From: an uncultured bacterium
GTDB lineage: Bacteria > Babelota > Babeliae > Babelales > Babelaceae
Direction of reading: 5' to 3'
Assembly: GCA_963722385.1 (NCBI GenBank)
Contig: CAVRKK010000002.1
Span: 736,001-800,000, forward strand
Length of the DNA: 64,000 nt
Part shown: one piece after another, positions 9,181-19,600 of the stretch
Position numbering within the stretch: the stretch's first letter is position 1
Layout of the letters: each line of letters starts with the position of its first letter
Program-made: the position numbers and the translations under genes
The notes under the pieces: model-generated
Database searches by the model: none
Told to the model about the DNA's origin: nothing
What the model saw: only the letters and a program-made list of their open reading frames with translations

Positions 9181-10101
9181 ATGGAAAAAATTTTACTGTA
9201 TTACAAATATATCGACATTGAGAATCCTGAGCTTGTAGCTCAATGGCAGAAATCGTTATGCGGCGATCTTAAGCTGCGTGGCCGTATAATTATTGCTCCT
9301 GAAGGCATTAATGGAACGGTGGGCGGTACGATAGAAGCTCTTGAGCACTATAAAGCTCAAATGGATGCTCACCCGCTTTTTGCGGGTATTGATTTCAAAG
9401 AGAGCCCTGGTAGTGCTGCGCATTTTCCGCGCCTTTCCGTAAAAGTAAAAAAAGAAATAGTAAGCCTGGGGATTGACCCGGCCCAGCTTGGTGCATCTAA
9501 TGGTGCGGCCCATCTGAAGCCTGCAGAGGCACATGAGCGTATAAAAGCAGGTTCTCCTGACCTTGTGATTTTTGACGTGCGCAATACCTATGAATCTCGC
9601 ATTGGTAGTTTTGATGGCGCTCTTAATGCCGATATCAGCAATTTTAGGGAATTGCCTGCTTATATTGATAAAAATAGCGATCTGTTTAAGAATAAAGAGG
9701 TGATCATGGCGTGCACGGGAGGTGTCCGCTGTGAGCGTGCTTCGGCATATCTTTTAGCCAAGGGCCTGGCGCGGACGGTCCACCAAATTAAAGGCGGCAT
9801 TCACCGCTATCTGGAAGAATTTCCCGAGGGCTTTTTTCGCGGCAAAAATTTTGTTTTCGACGGGCGCCTTGCATTAAGCACCGATGCTGAAACTATTATT
9901 GCCCAGTGTGAATCATGCAATCAACCCTATGATGAATATAGCCATTGCGTCAATACGCTCTGTAATAAATTTCTCATTTTATGCCCGAGCTGCCAGCTCA
10001 CGGCGGAAGATACGTGCAGCCCTCAGTGTCGGGACGTTGTAAAGCTGGATGCTTCCAAGCGGCGCACCGCTCCTTTTAGACTTTTTTGCAAGGCGAGTTG
10101 A
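9181..10101 (+). CDS. trhO: tRNA uridine(34) hydroxylase, rhodanese UPF0176 family
   Basis: LLYYKY, GRIIIAPEGINGT, FPRLSVKVKKEIV, CTGGVRCE, GKNFVFD and a C-terminal Cys cluster. Confidence 0.92.
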   Translation: MEKILLYYKYIDIENPELVAQWQKSLCGDLKLRGRIIIAPEGINGTVGGTIEALEHYKAQMDAHPLFAGIDFKESPGSAAHFPRLSVKVKKEIVSLGIDPAQLGASNGAAHLKPAEAHERIKAGSPDLVIFDVRNTYESRIGSFDGALNADISNFRELPAYIDKNSDLFKNKEVIMACTGGVRCERASAYLLAKGLARTVHQIKGGIHRYLEEFPEGFFRGKNFVFDGRLALSTDAETIIAQCESCNQPYDEYSHCVNTLCNKFLILCPSCQLTAEDTCSPQCRDVVKLDASKRRTAPFRLFCKAS

Positions 10102-10103
10102 CC

Positions 10104-11123
10104 ATGATACTACCAGCGCTTATTACCCCTAGCGTCTCTCTTGCCGATAAGAATTGGTTTCAGACGGGCGGCCCTGCTCGTTTTTTTTGTGAGCCAGTGT
10201 CCTGCGATGAACTAAGTGAGGCACTTAGGGTAGCGCGGCAGTATAATTGGGATGTGTTTATGCTTGGCCAAGGGGCAAACGTACTCATAAGTGATGACGG
10301 TATTGATGGGCTTGTTATGCGACCGCAGCTTACGATGCTTGAAATTGTTGAAGAGACCGCGACTCATGCGTATGTTCGAACTGGCGCTGGTGTCCCTTTC
10401 CCAGCATTAATCGATTATTGCTTAAAAAATAATCTGACGGGGCTTGAGGAATTCAGCGGCATTCCCGGCACCGTGGGCGGATCGGTATTTATCAATATCC
10501 ACTATTTTGAGTTCTTGCTCAGTGATTTTTTGGTGGCCGGGACGGTTATTGAACGGGCGACAGGAGCAATACTGCAGGTGGGTCACTCATGGTTTAATTT
10601 TTCTTACAATTACTCGATGCTGCACGAGCAGCGTCATGTGTTGGGCGATGCGCTTTTTAAAGTCAAAAAAGCAACGGCACTTGAGGCGGCATACGCTTGT
10701 GGGCGCCAACGAGAAATAATACGTCATCGTGCCCAGCGCTATCCCATGCAACGCACCTGTGGTAGCTTTTTCCGCAATTTTTATGAGGCTGAGGTAACTC
10801 ATACAAGCGGTGGTAAAAAGGTAATCTACGTTGCTTATTATTTGGATAAAGTCGGCGTTAAGGGGGATCTTGTTAGAGGGGGCGCTTACGTTTCACCTAA
10901 GCATGCGAATATGATCGTATCAACGCACGACTGCAGTTCAGCTGACATCGTGGCAGTAGCCCGCGCTATGCAGCAGCGGGTATATGATAATTTTGGTATT
11001 GTAGCGCAACCTGAATGCCGGCTCGTGGGGTTTAAGGAGTATCCTCTCCTCGATACTCGTTTGCGAGCTGCATCAAGTCACTCGCCACAGCACAATCAAA
11101 CTCCTGCTCAAATGCTTCTATAA
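10104..11123 (+). CDS. murB: UDP-N-acetylenolpyruvoylglucosamine reductase
   Basis: TGGPARF, LGQGANVL, GLEEFSGIPGTVGG, CGSFFRN and HANMIV motifs. Confidence 0.93.
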   Translation: MILPALITPSVSLADKNWFQTGGPARFFCEPVSCDELSEALRVARQYNWDVFMLGQGANVLISDDGIDGLVMRPQLTMLEIVEETATHAYVRTGAGVPFPALIDYCLKNNLTGLEEFSGIPGTVGGSVFINIHYFEFLLSDFLVAGTVIERATGAILQVGHSWFNFSYNYSMLHEQRHVLGDALFKVKKATALEAAYACGRQREIIRHRAQRYPMQRTCGSFFRNFYEAEVTHTSGGKKVIYVAYYLDKVGVKGDLVRGGAYVSPKHANMIVSTHDCSSADIVAVARAMQQRVYDNFGIVAQPECRLVGFKEYPLLDTRLRAASSHSPQHNQTPAQMLL

Positions 11124-11823
11124 TTTTCCAGATTGTTTTGCCATCAAGCATAACTTTGTTTAGTTCCAAGCCGTGGTCGAGCAAGATAGTGAGTGCTTCG
11201 AGATCATTGAGCAAGATAACGAGAAAGGCAAGAGGCAGTGATTTCTGCCCTAAAACAAGTGCGCTCGAGGGTTTTGCTCCCTCAACCAATAAGCGGCGAA
11301 AAACGGCGTAACGATCGGGCGAATTAGCATCAACAAAGGCGATAATAAAAGCGATAGTAAGGTAGTCTGCTTTGACCTTCATATCGAAAATTTCGATCTG
11401 ATAGGCGAGGTCGATGGGGCCGCTCAAAAAGAAGTCCATTGCATTGATGTCGCCATCAAGCATTGTTTTAACAAAAGGGTCCTGCTCGCCTAAGGCAACA
11501 ATTTCTTGCCAGAGAAGGCCTTCTTGAAACTGCTTTTTAAGCTCAAAAAGGCAGGGTACATAGGTTCTTAAAAAGTTATTAAAATTTTTTTCGATACGCC
11601 TGCTGCCAATATGGTGAGCCAGCTCTTGCCAATACGCGGGAGAATTGCAGGATGGTCTGATTAAAGAGCAATAAGGGCGGGCAACCGTTGTATTAAAAGA
11701 GTCATTGCTAAAGCATATGGGGGTTTGTTCCCATGATAATGCCCAATCAAAGCCATAAGGCTTGGAGGGACTTGCCGTAAAAGTGCTGACCAAAAGAATT
11801 ATAAGGCCATATTTTTTGCTCAT
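11032..11823 (-). CDS. Exported hypothetical protein with a degenerate ankyrin-like C-terminus
   Basis: Signal-like N-terminus; LLVEGA and ILLDHGLELN...GKT resemble ankyrin repeat ends. The 3' end overlaps murB. Confidence 0.55.
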   Translation of the reverse strand: MSKKYGLIILLVSTFTASPSKPYGFDWALSWEQTPICFSNDSFNTTVARPYCSLIRPSCNSPAYWQELAHHIGSRRIEKNFNNFLRTYVPCLFELKKQFQEGLLWQEIVALGEQDPFVKTMLDGDINAMDFFLSGPIDLAYQIEIFDMKVKADYLTIAFIIAFVDANSPDRYAVFRRLLVEGAKPSSALVLGQKSLPLAFLVILLNDLEALTILLDHGLELNKVMLDGKTIWKIIEAFEQEFDCAVASDLMQLANEYRGEDTP

Positions 11824-12056
11824 ATTCTTATTTACCTGATTTGATTGAATAATGTGCTTATTAGTTGCTAACAAGGGATGCCTGGCTGCTTGGCGATTAT
11901 TCTTTGCCAGTAACTATTTAAGGCTACACGCTTATGTAAATTAGTCAACTCAAAATAATAGTCTATTAATAATATAATGCTATTAAGACAAATAAGATTT
12001 TCTCGCGGGATTTTAAAAATTGCTTTTTCGGGGGGAATTGAGTTTGTTTGACACGA

Positions 12057-12089
12057 ATATGAGCAGGTTTTTAAAAAGCCTGCTCATAT
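12057..12089. terminator. Long inverted repeat, possible terminator
   Basis: ATATGAGCAGGTTTTT/AAAAAGCCTGCTCATAT. Confidence 0.5.
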
Positions 12090-12256
12090 CGAAGCTATCT
12101 TATATTATCTAAATTCCACGACGTATTTCTTTGCCGTCGAAAGTTAACGTTTCGCAATCAGTCAGCAATGTTCCTAGGGAAGGTTTTGGAAAAATTTCTA
12201 GGGAGTGAGCCACGACCAATCGAAAAGTTGGGGCGCCCAACAGTGGCTACGTAAGA

Positions 12257-12742
12257 TTAATTAATGCTTAGATCACGCGCGCTTATAGTACACACACCGT
12301 CAATACATGTTTTGCACAGTGCGCCAACACAAGAAATGCTTGAAGTCGTTGAGGTACTCATAGTAGATGATTGTTTTGCATTATCATCCTTTGCTTCTTC
12401 GCGCTTTCCTAACCTCTGCATAACTTCTCGTAACCAATCAAGAGAGCCCGTGCAATTAAAGGTGTCGTCGAGCAAAGCTTCGAATTTGCTTTTCTTTTCC
12501 TCTTGCTTTACCGGGAAGAAGATCCCCTTAAGCAGCAGCGTTGTCAATCCATAAGCGAGGCGCTTAACTTTCTGCTTATAATATGCTTGCTCATTCTCAG
12601 AAAGGCCTTGTTCCATCAGTTCCGCAAGCAGTTCAAATTTCGCGAGGTGCTCAGGCGAGCCACAAACAATAGTCGTATTATCATGAGCTTGTATCGTAAC
12701 GGCTACCAAGGCGCAAAAAATCGCTAATACCAGTTTATTCAT
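12257..12742 (-). CDS. Exported hypothetical protein
   Basis: Signal peptide MNKLVLAIFCALVAVTIQA, AAGGA RBS, Cys-rich C-terminus. Confidence 0.65.
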   Translation of the reverse strand: MNKLVLAIFCALVAVTIQAHDNTTIVCGSPEHLAKFELLAELMEQGLSENEQAYYKQKVKRLAYGLTTLLLKGIFFPVKQEEKKSKFEALLDDTFNCTGSLDWLREVMQRLGKREEAKDDNAKQSSTMSTSTTSSISCVGALCKTCIDGVCTISARDLSIN

Positions 12743-12913
12743 GTTTATCCTTCATTTTTATTAGTAAAAGATTAAAAGCCCGTTCTGTTTATTAATATAT
12801 ATAAAATAACAACGGTGGCAAGACTAAGGCAACGGGCCATAATAATTTGTTGCAAATTGCTGTTATAATCAAATATAATTTAAGTATAGTTTTCTATTAT
12901 AAGGAGTTGCCAG

Positions 12914-13144
12914 ATGAAGAAATATTTTGCATTTTTGCTCATGTTAGCGGTTCCTCTTGCATTAAAGAGCCTTGGAAGTTATGATCCCATAAGCGCATGC
13001 AACGGTTTATCTGAGGGAGATAATTGTACAGCCTTGCTATCTAATGCTGACGAAATCTACATAAACGGCATTTGCCAGCCTTTGGGGGGGGCCTCTTCTC
13101 TCCTATCGTGCACTGAATATCCGAGCGAATCTAGTCCAGATTAG
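12914..13144 (+). CDS. Small secreted Cys-rich peptide (76 aa)
   Basis: AAGGAG RBS, upstream TATAAT boxes, signal peptide, four Cys (ACNGLSEGDNC...GIC...LSC). Confidence 0.7.
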   Translation: MKKYFAFLLMLAVPLALKSLGSYDPISACNGLSEGDNCTALLSNADEIYINGICQPLGGASSLLSCTEYPSESSPD

Positions 13145-13191
13145 GAAGCTAAAGATAATCTTAAGAGAACAATGCCAAGCCGTAAAGACAG

Positions 13192-16100
13192 TTATAGCTC
13201 ATCTTGAGCAGATGCGTAATTAACAGAACCAGCCCCTCGGTAGCGAGCAAAGTACTTATAGACAGTATAAGCAACAATGCCTGCAACAACTGCTCCTGTT
13301 AGAGCGCCAACACCACCGATAATAGGCCCTACGATGATGCCAATATTAGGAGAGCTACCACTACCATCTCCTGAATATCCTCCAGTGCTGCTTGTTCCAA
13401 AGATTTGCGAAATTGATACATCATCGGAGTAAAAGTTTGCAGTAGCAAGAAGAGCATTTCCTGTGTCTGAAAGAATTGGAGAGAAAGCTATTGATACACA
13501 GTAGGTAGAATTACCAGGTAAAATGTGCGTCGTACGATTTCCCAAAACAGCGTCTTTTGAAAATTCAATAAGAGCGATCGTATCAGAGCCACTATTGCTG
13601 GTTGCGAGAAAAGAACCATCGGCTGACAGACTAATGGATCCTGGCTGCGCATTGCCCTGGGCTATTTGGCGTGATTGTCCTTCTGATAAAGCGCCATTAA
13701 TAATAGCAAAAAGCGTAATATCATCGGAGCCACTATTAGCAACAACAATAACGGTATTTTCATGAGTATCTAGGAAAGAGACAACAGAACTAGGAACTGA
13801 TGATATTTTTGGCAGCGGCTTTGACATACCGTTGCTTAGTATACCATTGGTTAATTTAAAAAGAGTTACATCATATGATTGAGCATTTGCGGTAACCAGA
13901 TGGCTATTATCTGGCGTAAAGGTTAACGCTACTGGCTGCGTAGAATTACTTGGTAAGCGGTATGAAAGAGGATTGTTGGGAATTCCTGCTACAAAGTTAA
14001 AAAGCGTAACATCATTTGAGCCACTGTTCGCGGTTGCAAGATAGTTATTATCGGAAGAAAAGACAACAGCATGAGGCTTTATAGAGCCATCTGGTAAAGG
14101 ATAAGAGCTTGCTCCTCCTAGCTGCCCCCCTGAAATTTTAAAAAGAGTTACGTCACTTGAGTTACTGTTTGCTGTTGCAAGGTTTGTGCTGTTTGGCGAG
14201 AATGTAATTCCTACAGGACCAGATGAATTTGCTGGTAATGGATAGGAAACACCAGGAAAGAGAAGTTTTGTGGCGTTAACCGGGTTTATTTGGAAGAGCG
14301 TTACATCATCTGAGTTTTGGTTTGCTGTTGCTAAGTATTGTTCATTGTTGGAAAAAGTGACTGCTGCTGGATTTTTAGAGCCTGGAGGCAAAGAAACCGA
14401 AGTAAAGGTGCTTGAAAAACTGCCACAGTTAAAAATGGTAACGATATAGGGATTGCTATTAGCGGTAGCAAGATACAAGCTGTTGGGCGAAAACGCTACT
14501 GATCGAGGAGCACTATAGCCGCCAGGTAAAGCGTAGGAAGCTGGTCTTGTTAGAATGCCTCCAGCTTCTACATTAAAAAGTGTTACTGAGTAAGAGCTAA
14601 AATTAGCTGTGGCAAGATGTAACCCATCAGGTGAAAAGGCTACTGAGTATGGGGAACTAGAGCCGCTTGGTAATGCGTATGACATTGCTCCCGATAACAC
14701 GCCCCCTGATCCGACCTGGAATGTTGTTACATCATGTGAGAAATAATTAGCAGTAGCAAGATATGAACCATCAGGCGAAAAGGCTACTGAGTAAGACTCA
14801 CTAGAGCCACTTGGTAATGCATATGAAACTGCCCCCGACAATGCTCCACCGGCGCCAACTTGGAATATCGTCACGTCACTTGAACCGTAGTTAGCGGTAG
14901 CAAGATATAATCCATTGGGCGAAAATGCTACTGAGTAAGGGTAGGAACTTGGTAATGCATATGAAACTGCCCCAGCCAATACTCCACCGGCGCCAACTTG
15001 GAATATTGTTACATCATTTGAGCTCGCATTAGCAGTAGCAAGATATGATCCATCGGGCGAAAATGCTACTGTCCAGGGAGAGCTAGAACCACTTGGTAAT
15101 GCATATGAAACTGGTCCAACCAATACTCCACCTGCACCAACTTGGAATATCGTTACGTCATTTGAACCCTCATTAGCAGTAGCAAGATACGATCCATCGG
15201 GTGAAAACGCTACTGATAAAGGATTGCTTGAACCGCTTGGTAATGCATATAAAACTGTCCCAGACAATGCTCCGCTTGCACCAACTTGGAATATCGTTAC
15301 GTCATTTGAGCCCTCATTAGCACTAGCAAGATATGATCCATTGGACGAAAATGCTACTGAGTAAGAAAAGCTAGAACCACTTGATAATGGATACGAAACT
15401 TTCCCAGATAATGCTCCACTTGCACCAACTTGGAATATCGTTACGTCACCGGAACTGATAGCACTAGCAAGATATGATCCATCGGACGAAAATGCTATTG
15501 AGGAAGGGCCAATAGAACCACTTGGTAATGCATATGAAACTGTCCCAGACAATGCTCCACCTGCACCAACTTGGAATATTGTCACGTCATTGGAACTGCC
15601 GTTAGCAGTAGCAAGATATGAGCCATTAGGTGAAAACGCTACTGAGAAAGGATTGTTTGAACCACTTGGTAATGTATACGATGTTCCTCCCGATAGTATT
15701 CCTCCTGCTCCTACCTGAAATATCGCTACATCACTCGACCCATCATTAGCAGTAGCAAGATATGAGCCGTTAGGTGCAAATGCTACCGAGGAGGGAGCCG
15801 AAGAACCGCTTGGTAATGCATATGAAACTACCCCAGACAATACGCCACCTGCACCAACTTGGAATATTGCCACGTCACTGGAACTGTAGTCAGCAGTAGC
15901 AAGATATGATCCATCTGGCGAAAACGCTACTGAGAAAGGATAGCTAGAACCGCTTGGCAATGCATATGAAACTGCCCCAGACAATACGCCACCCGTTCCA
16001 ACTTGGAATATGGTGACATTATTTGAGCTCTCATTAGCACTAGCAAGATATGATCCGTCGGGCGAAAATGCTACTGAAAAGGGCGAACCAGAACCGCTTG

Positions 16101-16491
16101 GTAATGCATATGAAACTGCCCCAGACAATACGCCACCCGTTCCAACTTGGAATATTGTTACATTATTTGAGCTCTCATTAGCACTAGCAAGATATGATCC
16201 ATCGGGCGAAAACACTACTGAACGCGGATCGGAAGAACCAAGCGGCAATGTATACGAATTTTGGCTACTCACCACGCCTCCAGTACCTATCGTAAATAAT
16301 GTTACACCATCTGAGTCACTGTTAGCTGTAGCTACGTAAGACCCATTAGGGGAAAACGCTACTGATTGTGGATTTAATTGAGCCGATGAAGCATAACTTG
16401 TACCTGTCAGCCTGCAGAGTGCTGCTTGCAACTGAGTAGTACATAAAAACAAGATGCCTACTAAAAAATACTTAAGATAATAAGCGGACAT
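13192..16491 (-). CDS. Membrane-anchored beta-propeller repeat protein A (21 blades)
   Basis: Signal peptide, about 48-aa repeats PxSVAFSPDGSYLATANxxSNDVTIF (lactonase/YVTN-like blades), single C-terminal TM helix. Confidence 0.88.
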   Translation of the reverse strand: MSAYYLKYFLVGILFLCTTQLQAALCRLTGTSYASSAQLNPQSVAFSPNGSYVATANSDSDGVTLFTIGTGGVVSSQNSYTLPLGSSDPRSVVFSPDGSYLASANESSNNVTIFQVGTGGVLSGAVSYALPSGSGSPFSVAFSPDGSYLASANESSNNVTIFQVGTGGVLSGAVSYALPSGSSYPFSVAFSPDGSYLATADYSSSDVAIFQVGAGGVLSGVVSYALPSGSSAPSSVAFAPNGSYLATANDGSSDVAIFQVGAGGILSGGTSYTLPSGSNNPFSVAFSPNGSYLATANGSSNDVTIFQVGAGGALSGTVSYALPSGSIGPSSIAFSSDGSYLASAISSGDVTIFQVGASGALSGKVSYPLSSGSSFSYSVAFSSNGSYLASANEGSNDVTIFQVGASGALSGTVLYALPSGSSNPLSVAFSPDGSYLATANEGSNDVTIFQVGAGGVLVGPVSYALPSGSSSPWTVAFSPDGSYLATANASSNDVTIFQVGAGGVLAGAVSYALPSSYPYSVAFSPNGLYLATANYGSSDVTIFQVGAGGALSGAVSYALPSGSSESYSVAFSPDGSYLATANYFSHDVTTFQVGSGGVLSGAMSYALPSGSSSPYSVAFSPDGLHLATANFSSYSVTLFNVEAGGILTRPASYALPGGYSAPRSVAFSPNSLYLATANSNPYIVTIFNCGSFSSTFTSVSLPPGSKNPAAVTFSNNEQYLATANQNSDDVTLFQINPVNATKLLFPGVSYPLPANSSGPVGITFSPNSTNLATANSNSSDVTLFKISGGQLGGASSYPLPDGSIKPHAVVFSSDNNYLATANSGSNDVTLFNFVAGIPNNPLSYRLPSNSTQPVALTFTPDNSHLVTANAQSYDVTLFKLTNGILSNGMSKPLPKISSVPSSVVSFLDTHENTVIVVANSGSDDITLFAIINGALSEGQSRQIAQGNAQPGSISLSADGSFLATSNSGSDTIALIEFSKDAVLGNRTTHILPGNSTYCVSIAFSPILSDTGNALLATANFYSDDVSISQIFGTSSTGGYSGDGSGSSPNIGIIVGPIIGGVGALTGAVVAGIVAYTVYKYFARYRGAGSVNYASAQDEL

Positions 16492-16646
16492 AAACTACTC
16501 CCTATGCAATCTTCCTTGAAATGACTTTTATTTTAGAAAATATTTTATTCAACGTCAAACTAAAGAAAGGCAGAAAGGCAACGCCCTGCCTACTATAGGC
16601 GACACAACATACTCGTAGATGAGGCGACACTAACTTCATGGAACTT

Positions 16647-19600
16647 TTATAACTCTTGTCCCACAGGTGCCACATCTGGGGAGTAATTAACGCTACCTAT
16701 ACCACGATGGCGAGCAAAGTACTTCCAGGCAAAGTAAGCAGCTATGCCAATTACCACAACGCCTGTTAGAGCGCCAACACCGCCAATGATCGGTCCTACG
16801 ATGATGCCAATATTCGTAGAGCTACCACTACCATCTCCTGAATATCCTCCGGTGCTGCTTGTTCCAAATATTTGTGAAATGGATACATCATCGGAGTAAA
16901 AGTTGGCGGTAGCAAGGAGAGCATTTCCTGTGCCTGAAAGAATCGGAGAGAAAGCTATTGATACACAGTAGGTAGAATTACCCGGTAAAATGTGCGTAGT
17001 GCGATTTCCCAAAACAGCGTCTTTTGAAAATTCAATGAGAGCGATCGTATCAGAGCCACTATTGCTCGCTGCAAGAAAAGAACCATCGGCTGACAGACTA
17101 ATGGATCCTGGCTGCGCATTGCCCTGGGCTATTTGGCGTGATTGTCCTTCTGATAAAGCGCCATTAATAATAGCAAAGAGCGTAATATCATCGGAGCCAC
17201 TATTAGCAACAACAATAACGGTGTTTTCATGAGTATCTACGAACGAGACAACAGAACTAGGCACCGATGATATTTTTGGCAGTGGCTTTGACATACCGTT
17301 GCTTAGTATACCATTGGTTAATTTGAAAAGAGTTACATCGGATGATTGAGCATTTGCGGTAACCAGATGGCTATTATCTGGCGTAAACGTTAACGCTACT
17401 GGCTGAGTAGAATTACTTGGCAAGCGGTATGAAAGAGGATTGTTGAGAATGCCCTCTACAAAGTTAAAAACGGTGACGTCATTTGAGCCACTGTTCGCTG
17501 TTGCAAGATAATTATTATCGGAAGAAAAGGCAATGGCATGAGGGTTTATAGAGCCACCTGGTAACGCGTAAGAGCTTGCTCCAATTAGCTGTCCTACCGA
17601 AACTTTAAAAAGAGTTACGTCACTTGAGTTACTGTTTGCTGTTGCAAGGTTTGTACTGTTTGGCGAGAATGTAATTCCTACCGGGCCAGCTGAGCCTATG
17701 GGTAATGGGTACGATACTCCAGGAAAGAGAAGTTTTGTGGCATTAACTGAGTTTACTTGGAAAAGAGTTACATCATCTGAGTTTTGATTTGCTGTTGCTA
17801 AATGCTGTTCATTGTTGGAAAAAGTGATTGCCGCTGGATTTTTAGAGCCCGGAGGTAAAGAAACCGAAGTGAAGGTGCTTGAAAAACTGCCGCAGTTAAA
17901 AATGGTAACTATATAGGGATTGCTATTAGCGGTAGCAAGATACAAGCTGTTGGGCGAAAACGCTACTGATCGAGAAGCACTATAGCCGCCAGGTAAAGCG
18001 TAGGAAGCTGGCCTTGTTAGAATACCTCCTGCTCCAACCTGGAATACTGTTACGTTACTTGAGTTAAAATTAGCAGTAGCAAGATAGGAACCATTGGGCG
18101 AAAAGGCTACCGATTGAGGGTAGCTAGAACCGCTTGGTAATGCATATGATACTGCTCCCGATAACACTCCTCCTGCTCCAACCTGAAATATGGTTACATC
18201 ATTTGAGCCGTAATTAGCGGTGGCAAGGTAGGAACCATCGGGCGAAAAGGCTACTGAGAAAGGCCCGCTAGAACCGCTTGGTGATGCATATGACACTGCT
18301 CCCGATAACACACCTCCTGCTCCGACCTGGAATATTGTTACGTTGTTTGAGTCTGCATCAGCAGTAGCAAGATATGAACCATCGGGCGAAAATGCTACTG
18401 AGTAAGGACGGCTAGAACCGCTTGGTAATGCATAAGTGGATGCTCCTGATAACACACCTCCCGCTCCAACCTGGAATATTGTTACGTTGTTTGAGGCTGT
18501 ATTAGCAGTAGCAAGATATGAACCATCGGGCGAAAAGGCTACTGAGAAAGGCCCGCTAGAACCGCTTGGTGATGCATATGACACTGCTCCCGATAACACA
18601 CCTCCTGCTCCAACCTGGAATATTATTACGTTGTTTGAGTCTGCATCAGCAGTAGCAAGATATGAACCATCGGGCGAAAATGCTACTGAGTAAGGGTAGA
18701 TAGAACCGCTTGGTAATGCATATGACACTGCTCCCGATAATACTCCTCCTGCTCCAACTTGAAATATGGTTACATTGGCTGAATAGTAATTAGCAGTAGC
18801 AAGATAGGAACCATCGGGCGAAAAGGCTGCTGATAAAGGCTCACTAGAACCGCTTGGTAATGCATATGACACTGCTCCCGATAACACTCCTCCTGCTCCA
18901 ACCTGGAATATGGTGACATCATTTGAATAATTAGCGGTAGCAAGATAAGAGCTATCCGGTGAAAAGGCTACCGATTGAGGGTAGCTAGAACCGCTTGGTA
19001 ATGCATATGACACTGCTCCCGATAACACTCCTCCTGCTCCAACCTGGAATATGGTGACACCATTTGAATAATTAGCGGTAGCAAGATAAGAGCTATCCGG
19101 TGAAAAGGCTACCGATTGAGGGTAGCTAGAACCGCTTGGTAATGCATATGACACTGCTCCAGACAACACTCCCCCTGCTCCAACCTGGAATATTGTTACA
19201 TTGTTTGAGCCTTCATTAGCAGTAGCAAGATATGAACCATCGGGCGAAAAGGTTACTGAGTAAGGCGTGTTAGAACCGCTTGGTAATGCATATGACACTG
19301 CTCCAGACAACACTCCCCCTGCTCCAACCTGGAATATTGTTACATTGTTTGAGCCTTCATTAGCAGTAGCAAGATATGAACCATCGGGCGAAAAGGTTAC
19401 TGAGTAAGGCTTGTTAGAACCGCTTGGTAATGCATATGATACTGCTCCCGACAATACTCCTCCTACTCCAATCTGGAATATTGTTACATCATTTGAGAAT
19501 ATATTAGCGATAGCAAGATATGAACCATCGGGCGAAAAGGTTACTGAGTAAGGAAAGCTAGAACCGCTTGGTAGGACATATGACACTGCTCCCGATAACA

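Noticed and set aside
12108..12256. Possible gene remnant downstream of the 161-aa ORF (minus-strand ...TDCETLTFDGKEIRRGI)
   Set aside because: Short, with no clear start or RBS and no recognisable homology.
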